In this document: one piece after another, positions 37,273 through 47,600 of the stretch | Layout of the letters: each line of letters opens with the position of its first letter | Numbering within the stretch: the stretch's first letter is position 1 | NCBI GenBank assembly: GCA_943359595.1 | Contig: CALRIA010000001.1 | Coordinates: forward strand, 11,654-75,653 | DNA: 64,000 bases | From: Candidatus Magasanikiibacteriota bacterium | Lineage (GTDB): Bacteria > Patescibacteriota > Patescibacteriia > Magasanikbacterales > GWA2-37-8 | Direction: 5' to 3' | Notes under the pieces: generated by a model | What the model saw: the letters and a program-made list of their open reading frames with translations, nothing else | What the model was told of the DNA's origin: nothing | Database searches by the model: none | Position numbers and translations under genes: made by a program

Positions 37273-39054
37273 ATGAATGTTGCAGAATATATTATTAAAT
37301 TTTTATCAGAAAAAGGCACTGACCAAGTGTTCATGGTGTCTGGTGGACAGGCAATGTATCTGATAGATGCTATTTATAAGAATGGCAAATTTAATGTTGT
37401 TTGTACTCACCATGAACAAACAACTGGCATGTCTGCTGATGCCTATGGAAGAATTTCTGGAAAACCGGCAATTGCGCTTGTCACAGCCGGTCCGGGGGCA
37501 GTTAATGTTATAAATGGTGTTGTTGGTGGTTGGACCGATTCGTCACCAATGATTGTTCTTTCCGGTCAATCCAATTTAGCCAATATAAAATATCAGGAGA
37601 AAAGTGGTATTAGACAATATGGTGTACAAGGTATAAATGTTAAACCACTGGTTGAAAGTGTGACCAAATTTTTTATAACCGTTGATGACCCGGCTAAAAT
37701 TTTGACTTATTTAGAAACTGCTTATTACTTATGTACCAATGGGCGTCCTGGTCCGGTTTGGATTGACGTTCCTTTGGATATTCAAAGATCCGAAGTTCCA
37801 GGAAATTTAGTATCGGAATTCAAAATTCCTGCAAAGATAAACGTTGATACAAATATTTTTAGCCAAGTAGATCTGGTTGTTAAAATGTTGGCTTGTTCAA
37901 AAAGACCTGTTTTGTTGGTCGGGCAGGGTGTTAGATTGGCTGGAGCTACTCTAGAATTTAACAATCTTATTTCAAAATTAAAAATTCCTATATTAACCGC
38001 TCGTCTTGGTATAGATTTAATTGAAAGTGATAACGATCTCTATATTGGACGACCAGGAACTTATGGAGAAAGATCCGCACATTTTGTAATACAAAATTCT
38101 GATTTGTTAATATCCGTTGGTTGTCGTTTGACAACGTCTTTGATCGGTCATAATGCAAAAGATTTTGCCAGAAATGCAAAAAAAATAGTGGTAGATATTG
38201 ACCAAGCGGAATTGGATAAACCAGGATTAGAAATTGATTTAAAAATTTTAACTGACGCAAAAATTTTTCTCAAATCTTTGTTTGAAAAATCAATTAATTT
38301 TGAGTCTTTAAATTTTGATTCATGGCTGGACAGATGTCGTGCTTGGAAGATCAAATATCCAGTTGTTCAACCGTCATATAAGAATGAAACACCAGTTAAT
38401 TCTTATTATTTCGCTGATAGACTTTCAATTTTATCTAGTTCTAAAGAAATGATATTGGTTGACACGGGCTCTTGTTTTCATGTGGCTAGTCAAACTTGGA
38501 AAATTAAAAAAGGTCAGCGATTTCTTACTACTGGCGGCCTCTCTTCAATGGGATATTGGGTGGCTGGTATCGGCGCATGCCGGGCCAACAACGGACAGAA
38601 AACGATTGTGATCACTGGAGATGGTAGTTTGCAGATGAACATTCAAGAATTTGCAACTATCAAACACAATAATTTGCCAATTAAAGTTTTTATTTTTAAT
38701 AATAACGGTTATTTGTTGATTAGACATACACAGAAGAATTTTATGGAGGGTCGGTTGCTTGGTGAAGGTCCTAAATCTGGTGTATGGTGTCCAGACTCAC
38801 TTAAAATTGCCGAGGCGTATGGCATAAAGGGTGTGAGGATAGATAAAGTTGCTGATGTGGATAAAAAAATAGAAGAGGTTTTAAATTATGATGGCCCAGT
38901 TATTTGTGATGTTATGACACCGGAATGGCAGTTATTAATGCCTCGAGTAGCATCAGAAAAAGATGCTAACGGTAATCTTGTCTCAAAACCATACGAAGAT
39001 ATGTTTCCTTATTTAGATCGTGATGAACTGGAAAAAAATATGATTAAGGATTAA
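37273..39054 (+). CDS. ThDP-dependent acetolactate-synthase-like enzyme (YerE-like candidate branching enzyme)
   Basis: 593 aa. N-terminal GTDQVFMVSGGQAMYLIDAIY...CTHHEQTTGMSADAYGRISGKPAIALVTAGPGAVNVINGVVGGWTDSSPMIVLSGQ. C-terminal ThDP motif ITGDGSLQMNIQEF...IFNNNGY. Confidence 0.85.
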   Translation: MNVAEYIIKFLSEKGTDQVFMVSGGQAMYLIDAIYKNGKFNVVCTHHEQTTGMSADAYGRISGKPAIALVTAGPGAVNVINGVVGGWTDSSPMIVLSGQSNLANIKYQEKSGIRQYGVQGINVKPLVESVTKFFITVDDPAKILTYLETAYYLCTNGRPGPVWIDVPLDIQRSEVPGNLVSEFKIPAKINVDTNIFSQVDLVVKMLACSKRPVLLVGQGVRLAGATLEFNNLISKLKIPILTARLGIDLIESDNDLYIGRPGTYGERSAHFVIQNSDLLISVGCRLTTSLIGHNAKDFARNAKKIVVDIDQAELDKPGLEIDLKILTDAKIFLKSLFEKSINFESLNFDSWLDRCRAWKIKYPVVQPSYKNETPVNSYYFADRLSILSSSKEMILVDTGSCFHVASQTWKIKKGQRFLTTGGLSSMGYWVAGIGACRANNGQKTIVITGDGSLQMNIQEFATIKHNNLPIKVFIFNNNGYLLIRHTQKNFMEGRLLGEGPKSGVWCPDSLKIAEAYGIKGVRIDKVADVDKKIEEVLNYDGPVICDVMTPEWQLLMPRVASEKDANGNLVSKPYEDMFPYLDRDELEKNMIKD

Positions 39055-39067
39055 TACTTTTATAGTT

Positions 39068-39970
39068 TTGATAATAAATAAAAATATGCAAAAAATTAAA
39101 GTTTTTTTAACGGGCGGAGGAGGCTTTATTGGTCGGAATATTTTAGAATTATTAAATGATAAATATTTTTTTCTTTCGCCTAGCAGCAATGAATTGGATC
39201 TAACAAATGCAGATTCAGTTCTAAATTTTATTAAAGAAAATAATGTAGATATTGTTTTGCATGCCGCCAATGTGGGAGGAAATAGAAATCCTAAATGGGC
39301 AGGTGTGGATTGGGCTTTGGAAAAAAATTTACAAATGTTTTTTAATTTAATTAGGTCCAAGGATTATTTTAAAAGAATGATAGTGCTTGGGTCTGGAGCA
39401 GAATATGATAAAAGACAAAATCTGGTTGGAATAAAAGAGGAAGATTTTGACAAATCGATGCCTGTTGATCAGTATGGTTTTGCAAAATATATAATGTCTA
39501 AATATGCACAAAATGTTGATTTCATAACGCATTTACGTTTGTTTGGGGTGTATGGTAAATATGAAGATTATAAAATTAGATTTATTTCTGAGGCAATCTG
39601 CAGAGCTATTTTAAATAAGCCAATAGTAATAAAACAAAATGTAAATTTTGATTACATATACATCAATGATGTGGTTGAAGTCATTGATGGTTTTATTAGT
39701 AATAAACCAACCAATAACTTTTTTAATGTAGGGCGTGGGACTACGATAGATCTTCTTTCAATTGCCAATAAAGTACTGTCTTTAACTGGAAAGAATCTAC
39801 CGATTATTGTAGAAAATCCTACATTAAATAAAGAATATTCATGCAACGTTGATAGGTTGTCAGAGGAGATTGGCGAGTATCCTATTACTGGTTTTGATCA
39901 GTCGTTGGTAGATATGATTACTTATTATCAATCTGTGTTGGTAAAATTAGATACTAGCTTTATATCTTAG
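39068..39970 (+). CDS. NAD(P)-dependent SDR epimerase/reductase (candidate CDP-4-keto-sugar reductase, YerF/RfbJ-like)
   Basis: KVFLTGGGGFIGRNILELL Rossmann motif, YGFAKYIMSKY (Y-x3-K); 300 aa. Confidence 0.6.
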   Translation: MIINKNMQKIKVFLTGGGGFIGRNILELLNDKYFFLSPSSNELDLTNADSVLNFIKENNVDIVLHAANVGGNRNPKWAGVDWALEKNLQMFFNLIRSKDYFKRMIVLGSGAEYDKRQNLVGIKEEDFDKSMPVDQYGFAKYIMSKYAQNVDFITHLRLFGVYGKYEDYKIRFISEAICRAILNKPIVIKQNVNFDYIYINDVVEVIDGFISNKPTNNFFNVGRGTTIDLLSIANKVLSLTGKNLPIIVENPTLNKEYSCNVDRLSEEIGEYPITGFDQSLVDMITYYQSVLVKLDTSFIS

Positions 39971-39999
39971 GGTATTAATTTTTTAGCTGTGTAGTATAT

Positions 40000-42777
40000 A
40001 TGTCATTAAATGAGTTAAAACTATTTAGCAACGATGCTATCGCATTTTTAAAGAAAAATATATTAGGAATTTTTTTGTCCTCATTTGTTATTTTTTCCGT
40101 TATTTGGTTAGGAAATATAATATCAGTTATTACTAGTCGTCAAATTTTGGATCCGTTGTCAGTAAAGGTAGAAGGGTTGGATGCACAAAATTTATCTTCT
40201 ATTAGAGTTTTGGCAACCTTGTCGCGTGCTGGCAATACTATGAATTTAACGAGGGTGTTGGAAGGAAATAAAAATGAATGGGATAACCCTAGTCAAACAT
40301 TTGTTAAAAAAATACTAGTTGGTTTTAATAATGGAAGTTTAAGTCAACTTTCGCAAATTACCGTTACTCTTGGACAGAGAGATTTTGTATATACAAAAAA
40401 ACAATTTTTGGATAATTGGAATAAAATAAATAAAAAAGATGATAGTTGGTATATGAGCGGTATAAATGACAGTTCTGGATATTTTGTATATGAAGCACCT
40501 GATAATATAAAAGTGAAACCATGGAATTTACGCGCACCAATCATTTCTAGTTTGTTATCTAGTATAAATTTCAGAGGCAGTGAATACTTAGTCTACGCTC
40601 CATTGGTCTCTAGTTTTAAAACTTTTTTGTTGGTGTTTGTAATTTTTATAGTTATTTTTTTCATTTTTTCATATTTTTGGCGTAAACATAATAAGGTATA
40701 TAACGATAATAATGATTTTTATAAAATTGAATTTATTACTTTTACTTTAGGAATTTTAGCTACTTCAGGTTCTATATTTTTGTTGTGTGTTTGTATTAAG
40801 TTTTTTTATAGGCCTGACACATCTAAAATAGTATTTGAAGCATCTAAAATTTATTTAGATAAACTTCTGCCGGCTTTTATACCTAAACCAGTGGAAAGAT
40901 TACAATTTGCACTGAGCGTATTATCAAGCCCTTTTTTATTATTTACTTTTTATAAATTATTTAGTAAATACATAAATACACTTAGTAAAGAAATAATTCC
41001 TCGTGTCTATTCAATTATAAGCACGATAGTTTTGTTGTTACTTTTTTCTGTTACTTATATAGGATTATCCGTTAGTAATTTTATGTATGTTGAGAAGAGC
41101 TATTTTTTTAATGGTGTAGGAAAATATTTATATAGTTTAGTTTTGTTTCCGTTAGGTGTTTATATTATTTTTTCATTAAAAAAAGAAAAATATTATAATT
41201 TAATTAATATTTTATTATATATATTTTCAGGAGTTTTATTAATGTCGATGTTTTTTGTTAGTATTATTGGCGTTGGTGAATCTAATTTAGATATGCTAAG
41301 TATCGTTAGCCACGCTAATCCAATTTTTTTTCCAATTTCACAAGTTGTGGCAGGCAAGACTTTGTTGGTAAATTTATCTAGTCAGTACGGTCTTTATCCA
41401 GTGTTTTTAGAGCCTATATTCAAGCTGTTTGGTTTAAACATGTTATCCCTTACATCTACAATGGGGGTATTATTAAGTTTAAGTTTTTTATTTATCTTTC
41501 TTTTTATTCATCGTTTAGTAAAAAATAAAATAATTTTGTTTCTTGGTTTTAGTACCATTATGTTTTATTTTTTGGATGGTTCTGCCAGTCCATATCCATA
41601 TTTTCAATATTGGCCAATTAGGACTTTGTTCCCATCTATACTTTTATTTCTTTCTTCTTTATATTTTAAAAGTAAAAATAAATTTCTTTATTATCTATTA
41701 TTTTTTATAAGTGCTTTAGCCATTTTATGGAATTTTGATTCTGGAATTATAGTGTTTTCTTCCTGGATAATAGCTTTGTTTTATATGGAAATGTTTAAGT
41801 CTGACATAAAAATTATTATTAGAAATATAATTTTCCATGTTATCCGTGGGGCATTAGCTATTTGCCTAGTTTCATCAGGGTATGTTGTTTATTCTTTTTT
41901 GAGATCTGGTCAGATGCCGAATTTATCTTTGTTTTTCTTGTATCAAAAATTATTTTACGATGGTTTTATGATGATTGCCATGCCTTTTCCTCACATTTGG
42001 ATTCTCATAATGTTGATTTTTCTCTCTGGGTTGCTATGGTCAATTAGAAATTTGATTATTAAAGATGATAATTATAAAAATATTTCTATTTTTCTCTTAT
42101 CTATTTTAGGTATTGGTCTTTTTAGCTATTATGAAGGTAGGTCTCATGATGCTACCTTGTATACTCCACTATATTTGGTTTTAATGCTTTTGCCAATAAT
42201 GGCGGACAATATTTTTGATATTCTTGTAAAGAATTCTAAATTATACGGGCATACTTTATTATTTTTATTTATTATTTTTATTCTTTTTGCGTCTCCTTTA
42301 AGTATTATTCACAACAGTCATAGATACTTCAGTTCAGTTAAAGCTGGTTTTAATTCTTTTTCTAATCATTCAGAAACAACGTTGTCAAATAATGTCAATT
42401 TTATAAAAAGAAATACTAAGGAATGGGAAGGTGTAATAATGTTGACAGGACCATTTGACGGTGCATATTTTGGAGAAACTCACACGCGTTCGATATTGGA
42501 CATACCATCATTTACGGAAGTATTTTATAAACGAGAGGCGGATTATATTATTAATTTTTTAAGGTGTAATAAAACGGTCAAAGTGTTTGTGTATCCTTTT
42601 AGTAAATTTTATGATCAATTTGGGAATGATCTTGTTGATATAAGGATTAATCAATTAATAAAAAGTAATTATTCAGTGGTGACAGAAAGCGGTGATGATA
42701 TGGTTGTGATGATGAATAATTATAATAATTCTGGGGGTTGTTTTTATACCAATATTAGTAAATTAATTATTAAATAA
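40000..42777 (+). CDS. Large polytopic membrane protein (925 aa), candidate GT-C-type glycosyltransferase or polymerase
   Basis: N-terminal TM + ~170-aa loop, then >14 TM helices and a ~150-aa C-terminal soluble domain. No recognisable catalytic motif. Embedded in the sugar cluster. Confidence 0.6.
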   Translation: MSLNELKLFSNDAIAFLKKNILGIFLSSFVIFSVIWLGNIISVITSRQILDPLSVKVEGLDAQNLSSIRVLATLSRAGNTMNLTRVLEGNKNEWDNPSQTFVKKILVGFNNGSLSQLSQITVTLGQRDFVYTKKQFLDNWNKINKKDDSWYMSGINDSSGYFVYEAPDNIKVKPWNLRAPIISSLLSSINFRGSEYLVYAPLVSSFKTFLLVFVIFIVIFFIFSYFWRKHNKVYNDNNDFYKIEFITFTLGILATSGSIFLLCVCIKFFYRPDTSKIVFEASKIYLDKLLPAFIPKPVERLQFALSVLSSPFLLFTFYKLFSKYINTLSKEIIPRVYSIISTIVLLLLFSVTYIGLSVSNFMYVEKSYFFNGVGKYLYSLVLFPLGVYIIFSLKKEKYYNLINILLYIFSGVLLMSMFFVSIIGVGESNLDMLSIVSHANPIFFPISQVVAGKTLLVNLSSQYGLYPVFLEPIFKLFGLNMLSLTSTMGVLLSLSFLFIFLFIHRLVKNKIILFLGFSTIMFYFLDGSASPYPYFQYWPIRTLFPSILLFLSSLYFKSKNKFLYYLLFFISALAILWNFDSGIIVFSSWIIALFYMEMFKSDIKIIIRNIIFHVIRGALAICLVSSGYVVYSFLRSGQMPNLSLFFLYQKLFYDGFMMIAMPFPHIWILIMLIFLSGLLWSIRNLIIKDDNYKNISIFLLSILGIGLFSYYEGRSHDATLYTPLYLVLMLLPIMADNIFDILVKNSKLYGHTLLFLFIIFILFASPLSIIHNSHRYFSSVKAGFNSFSNHSETTLSNNVNFIKRNTKEWEGVIMLTGPFDGAYFGETHTRSILDIPSFTEVFYKREADYIINFLRCNKTVKVFVYPFSKFYDQFGNDLVDIRINQLIKSNYSVVTESGDDMVVMMNNYNNSGGCFYTNISKLIIK

Positions 42778-42795
42778 TTCATTAATTAAATCTAT

Positions 42796-44106
42796 ATGAT
42801 AGATGAAAATCTTAGAGCCGAAATAATAAAATACTATAATTTAAAATTTCCTCAGAAAAAATTTGAGCCTGGTATTTCCAGCGTGCTTGTCACTGGGAAG
42901 GTATTTGATGAAAATGAAATGTTAAAAATGGTGGAAGCAGTATTAGATGGTTGGTGGACAGAGGGCCATTTTAGTGATGAATTCGAAAGAAAATTAGCTC
43001 ATTGGTTAGGTATTAATTTTGTGGCTTTGACCAATTCAGGTTCGTCGGCAAATCTATTGGCGGTTACTGCTTTAACCTCAAAGAAGTTGGGTGATAAAAG
43101 ATTAAAAGCGGGAGATGAGGTAATAACTGTGGCTGCTGGTTTTCCTAGCACAGTTAATCCGATTATTCAGAATAATTTAATCCCAGTTTTTGTAGATGTA
43201 GAATTAGGTACATATAATGCTAGTGTAGATGAGATTAAAAAAGCGATTAGTCCTAAGACTCGTGCAATTATGATCGCGCATACTTTGGGTAATCCTTTTG
43301 ATTTGGAACAGATTAAAAAATTATGTATTGATCATAATTTGTGGCTAATAGAAGATAACTGTGATGCTTTAGGTTCTTTATATAATGGAAAAAAGACTGG
43401 GACATTTGGTCATATCGCTACTTGTAGTTTTTACCCAGCCCATCATATCACTATGGGTGAAGGAGGCGCTGTATTTACTAACGACGCTACACTAAATTCT
43501 ATTGTAAGGTCGGTACGAGATTGGGGAAGAGATTGTTATTGTAAGACAGGAGCGGATAATACTTGTGGCATGCGTTTTGGTTGGCAATTAGGTGATTTGC
43601 CTTATGGCTATGATCATAAATATATTTATTCAGAAATGGGATATAATTTAAAAATAACTGAAATGCAGGCTGCTTTGGCTGTGGCACAATTTGATAAATT
43701 GGATGGATTTGTTGAAAAACGTCGCGCTAATTTTAACAAACTTTTTGAAGGATTAAAAAAATATGAAGAATATTTTATATTGCCAATGTGGCAAACTCAA
43801 GCTGAACCAAGTTGGTTTGGTTTCCTTTTAACTGTGAGAGAAGGTGCTCCTTTTGAGCGTAATGATATTATCCAATATTTGTTGAGTCAGAATATCCATA
43901 CCCGCTATTTATTCGCTGGCAATTTAACGAAACAACCATATTTTGTCGATAATGATATTAATTATAAGATATCAGGAGAACTTAAAAATACAGATTTGAT
44001 AATGGATAATACTTTTTGGATAGGAGTATTTCCAGGTCTCAATGATGAAATGGTTGAATATACAATAAGTTGTTTCGATAAATTTTTGGAAGTATATAAA
44101 AAATAG
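42796..44106 (+). CDS. rfbH: CDP-6-deoxy-D-xylo-4-hexulose-3-dehydrase (E1; DegT/DnrJ/EryC1 fold, PMP-dependent)
   Basis: 436 aa, DegT-family fold. The position normally holding the PLP-binding Lys carries His instead (SFYPAHHITMGEGG), which is the diagnostic feature of E1/DdhC. Same cluster as rfbF/rfbG. Confidence 0.8.
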   Translation: MIDENLRAEIIKYYNLKFPQKKFEPGISSVLVTGKVFDENEMLKMVEAVLDGWWTEGHFSDEFERKLAHWLGINFVALTNSGSSANLLAVTALTSKKLGDKRLKAGDEVITVAAGFPSTVNPIIQNNLIPVFVDVELGTYNASVDEIKKAISPKTRAIMIAHTLGNPFDLEQIKKLCIDHNLWLIEDNCDALGSLYNGKKTGTFGHIATCSFYPAHHITMGEGGAVFTNDATLNSIVRSVRDWGRDCYCKTGADNTCGMRFGWQLGDLPYGYDHKYIYSEMGYNLKITEMQAALAVAQFDKLDGFVEKRRANFNKLFEGLKKYEEYFILPMWQTQAEPSWFGFLLTVREGAPFERNDIIQYLLSQNIHTRYLFAGNLTKQPYFVDNDINYKISGELKNTDLIMDNTFWIGVFPGLNDEMVEYTISCFDKFLEVYKK

Positions 44107-44116
44107 TTATTATATT

Positions 44117-45055
44117 ATGAATAATAAATTAATTAGCATTGTTACCCCTTGTTATAATGAGGAGGAAAACGTTGTTGAGGTTTATAATCAGACGAAAAAA
44201 ATATTGGTAGAATCTGGATATAAATATGAACATATATTTATTGATAATGATTCCTCAGATAAGACGGTCGTAATCTTAAAAGAAATAGCTGAGAATGATA
44301 AATGCGTAAAGATAATCGTTAATGCTCGTAATTTTGGACAATTAAAGTCTCCTTATTATGCAATTTTACAAACAAAAGGGGACGCAGTAATTTTGCTTTA
44401 TGCGGATTTGCAAGACCCACCTATTCTTATAAAAGATTTTATTAAAAAATGGGAAGATGGTTATAAGATAGTGGTTGGAGTAAAAAAGAAAAGCATGGAA
44501 AATCCTATAATGTTTGCAATCAGAAAATTGTATTATAGCTTAATTAAATTAATGGCTGAGACAGAACAAATTAAAAATTTTAATGGTTTTGCATTATATG
44601 ATAGACAATTTATTGAGACGATGAGAAAAATTGATGATCCAGATCCATATTTGCGAGGTTTAATTAGTGAATTTGGTTTTTCTTGTGCAAAAATTGAGTA
44701 TACTCAATTTAAGCGAAAAAATGGAAAGAGTAAAAATAATTTTTATACTCTATATGATGTGGCCATGCTCGGCTTTGTTAATCATTCCAAAGTTCCGTTG
44801 CGCCTTGCTGTTTTTATAGGCTTTGGAATGTCGATTCTTAGCTTGATTGTTGGTATGGTTTATTTGATATATAAACTGCTTTACTGGGATAGATTTCAGG
44901 CTGGGCTAGCTCCAATTACAATTGGTATTTTCTTTTTTTCCTCAGTCCAATTATTTTTTGTGGGTATTTTAGGAGAATATATTGGAGCAATTTACACTCA
45001 AGTTAAACGTCGTCCTTTGGTGGTGGAAAAAGAACGTATCAATTTTGATAAATAA
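44117..45055 (+). CDS. GT2 polyprenyl-phosphate glycosyltransferase (GtrB/ArnC-like, C-terminal TM pair)
   Basis: LISIVTPCYNEEEN...IFIDNDSSDKT, YADLQDPP (DxD region), two C-terminal TM helices. Confidence 0.8.
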   Translation: MNNKLISIVTPCYNEEENVVEVYNQTKKILVESGYKYEHIFIDNDSSDKTVVILKEIAENDKCVKIIVNARNFGQLKSPYYAILQTKGDAVILLYADLQDPPILIKDFIKKWEDGYKIVVGVKKKSMENPIMFAIRKLYYSLIKLMAETEQIKNFNGFALYDRQFIETMRKIDDPDPYLRGLISEFGFSCAKIEYTQFKRKNGKSKNNFYTLYDVAMLGFVNHSKVPLRLAVFIGFGMSILSLIVGMVYLIYKLLYWDRFQAGLAPITIGIFFFSSVQLFFVGILGEYIGAIYTQVKRRPLVVEKERINFDK

Positions 45056-45077
45056 TTTCCAGTTTGATTAGATAAAT

Positions 45078-46025
45078 ATGGTTAATCAAAAACTATTAAG
45101 TATCTGTATCCCCACATTTAATAGGCGAGATTTTTTACGATACAATTTATTGAGTCTAACTGATCAATTTGATGTAGAACCATCATTGCTGGATATGGTG
45201 GAAGTTATAATTTCTGATAACGCCAGTTCTGATGGAACAAAAGAAATGGTAGCTGGTTTTATTGAAAAATATCCAAATATCGTATATAATTATAACGAAA
45301 CTAATCTAGGCTTTGATCGTAATCTTAATAAAACAATAAAATTAGCAAGTGGTAAATATTGTTTTTCCTTAGGCGATGATGATGCTATATTTTCTGGAGC
45401 GTTAAAAATATTAGTACAGAAAATTTTAGATACCAATGTTCCTTATTATATAGTTAATCATGTCGGTTATTCGCGTGATATGCAGTGTGCTTATAAAAAT
45501 GAACATAATACGGATTTTCATGAAGACTGTTTATATGATAGTTTGCAGGAGTATGTTCGATCTCTTGGTGGTTATGTCAAGGTTATTGGAATTTTTGGTG
45601 GTATGTCTACCCATATTTTTTTGAGAGACGTATGGCTATCTTTTGAAGATTTAGAAAAATATATCGGCACGTTGCAGATTCACACCCACGTTTTTTTGAG
45701 AGCTTTTAAAAATGCTCAATTTATGTTTCTGTGTGATATTGTAGTTAAAACTCGTGGTGACAATATGAGGTGGGAAGATATTGTTGGGTTGGAAACAACG
45801 CAACGACGTAGTATGGCGGCCTTTAAAGGTTTTGTATGGATAAAGCATCTGTATAATTTGCCGCAATCAATTGTTGGGGCGTTCATATATTTTGTATGTA
45901 GGGGTTATTGGATAGCAGTGAAACAAATGATAAAATTTTTTTTAGTATCTATTAAATATAAAAAATATTTTACCAATCGCAATAGATATCAAGAAAGGCC
46001 AATTATTGAAGATTCTATAAAATAA
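45078..46025 (+). CDS. Glycosyltransferase family 2
   Basis: LSICIPTFNRRDFL...VIISDNASSDGT...GDDDAIF. Confidence 0.7.
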   Translation: MVNQKLLSICIPTFNRRDFLRYNLLSLTDQFDVEPSLLDMVEVIISDNASSDGTKEMVAGFIEKYPNIVYNYNETNLGFDRNLNKTIKLASGKYCFSLGDDDAIFSGALKILVQKILDTNVPYYIVNHVGYSRDMQCAYKNEHNTDFHEDCLYDSLQEYVRSLGGYVKVIGIFGGMSTHIFLRDVWLSFEDLEKYIGTLQIHTHVFLRAFKNAQFMFLCDIVVKTRGDNMRWEDIVGLETTQRRSMAAFKGFVWIKHLYNLPQSIVGAFIYFVCRGYWIAVKQMIKFFLVSIKYKKYFTNRNRYQERPIIEDSIK

Positions 46026-46030
46026 AAAGT

Positions 46031-46870
46031 ATGAATAACTCTAATATAGCGTTTATTATTTTTACTTTAAACGAAGAAAAACGCATAGAATATCCTGTGC
46101 GTAATTTTGTTAAATACGGTGAGGTAATTATTTTAGATGGTGGTAGTACTGATAAAACCGGTGAAATAGCCCAGAAATATGGTGCCAAGTTTTTGCAACG
46201 ACCCAATATGGGAACAATGTGTGGAGAAACTCAAGAAATGCTAAATTTTGTTTTGGCAAATACAGACAAGAAATGGTTTTTTTGGCAGTATGTTGATGAT
46301 TTAGCTCCTAGGTCTTTGTTGGAAAAGATGACAAAAATTTCAAAACAGAATAAATATAAAAAAGTAATTGTTCCTTTATATACGTATCTTTGGGGGAAGA
46401 CTAAATTTCCAGCGTTAAAGGGATCTGTCGGCTGTTTTTTTGAAAGGGGTAGTGTGGATTTCTCCAATAATAAAATTCATCAAATGGGTCGTTTCCTAGG
46501 TAAAAAAGAAGAAATTTTATATCTGCCTATTTGTGATAAATATGCCATTAGACATTTTAGTTTGTACAATATTTCAAAGTTTGCTACGAATCATTTGGCA
46601 TATGCTGAAGCGGAGGCGGAGCAAAAATATGTAAGCGGCAAAAAATATTCTATAATAAAGATGTTTGCAGCAATGCTTCGTTATTTTTGGCTGTTTTATA
46701 AAAATAATTGGAAGAATGGCGCCGTTGGTTTTATGGCTGCTTTGGCATATTCATATTTTAGATTACTTACATATTTCCGACTTTACGAAAAAGAAAAAGG
46801 AATTACTTTGGAAATGATTGAATCACAGTTCGTAGTTGAAAAGAAAAAAATTATTGATTCACTTGCTTAA
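46031..46870 (+). CDS. Glycosyltransferase family 2
   Basis: IAFIIFTLNEEKRIEYPVRN...VIILDGGSTDKT. Confidence 0.7.
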   Translation: MNNSNIAFIIFTLNEEKRIEYPVRNFVKYGEVIILDGGSTDKTGEIAQKYGAKFLQRPNMGTMCGETQEMLNFVLANTDKKWFFWQYVDDLAPRSLLEKMTKISKQNKYKKVIVPLYTYLWGKTKFPALKGSVGCFFERGSVDFSNNKIHQMGRFLGKKEEILYLPICDKYAIRHFSLYNISKFATNHLAYAEAEAEQKYVSGKKYSIIKMFAAMLRYFWLFYKNNWKNGAVGFMAALAYSYFRLLTYFRLYEKEKGITLEMIESQFVVEKKKIIDSLA

Positions 46871-46876
46871 GACATT

Positions 46877-47599
46877 ATGATATCCATTGTTATTTCAGCT
46901 TATAATTCCGACCGTCATATCAATAATTTTTTTATTCGTCTTTTAAAAGTTGCCGAAGCTCTTATTAATAAAAGTGTTAGTTTTGAAGTAATTATAGTAT
47001 TTAATAGTCCAACACAAAACGAACTTAGATCTATAAAAAAATTTGGTGGTAAGCCTTGGTTTAAATATGTTACGGTTGACAGAGAAACCGTTTTTGCTAG
47101 TTGGAATCGCGGTGTGAATATGGCCAAGGGTGAAGCCATCGCTTTTTGGAATGTTGATGATATAAGATTTGCTGACGCAATTATCGATGGTTCAGATTTA
47201 ATCAAAGCTGGTGCTGATTTAGTTTATTTCCCTTTTTACATTGTGTGGTTTTTGAAGTTTGGACCAATTTTTTTACCTGTAAAATATAAGCATATTTTGC
47301 CGCCAATATATAGCAAGAAAGAATTCACCAGGTCAATGCACTGCGGTCCATTTTTTATGATTAGTAAGGAATTTTTTAATCAAGTCGGGCTTTTTGACGA
47401 ACAATTTAATATTTCTGGTGATTTTGATTGGTGTGTAAGAGCGTCCATTAAATCTGAAAAATTTATTTTATCAAAAAAGAATGCTGGGATTTTTAGAGTT
47501 GATGGCAGTGGCTTGAGTGCTAGAACAAAAAAGAACCTTGTTGCTGAGAATAATATTGTTTGCAAGCGGTATAATATTATGGATAAAATTATCAATTAG
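46877..47599 (+). CDS. GT2-like glycosyltransferase
   Basis: MISIVISAYNSDRHI...FWNVDDIRF (DxD-like). Confidence 0.5.
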   Translation: MISIVISAYNSDRHINNFFIRLLKVAEALINKSVSFEVIIVFNSPTQNELRSIKKFGGKPWFKYVTVDRETVFASWNRGVNMAKGEAIAFWNVDDIRFADAIIDGSDLIKAGADLVYFPFYIVWFLKFGPIFLPVKYKHILPPIYSKKEFTRSMHCGPFFMISKEFFNQVGLFDEQFNISGDFDWCVRASIKSEKFILSKKNAGIFRVDGSGLSARTKKNLVAENNIVCKRYNIMDKIIN

Positions 47600-47600
47600 T

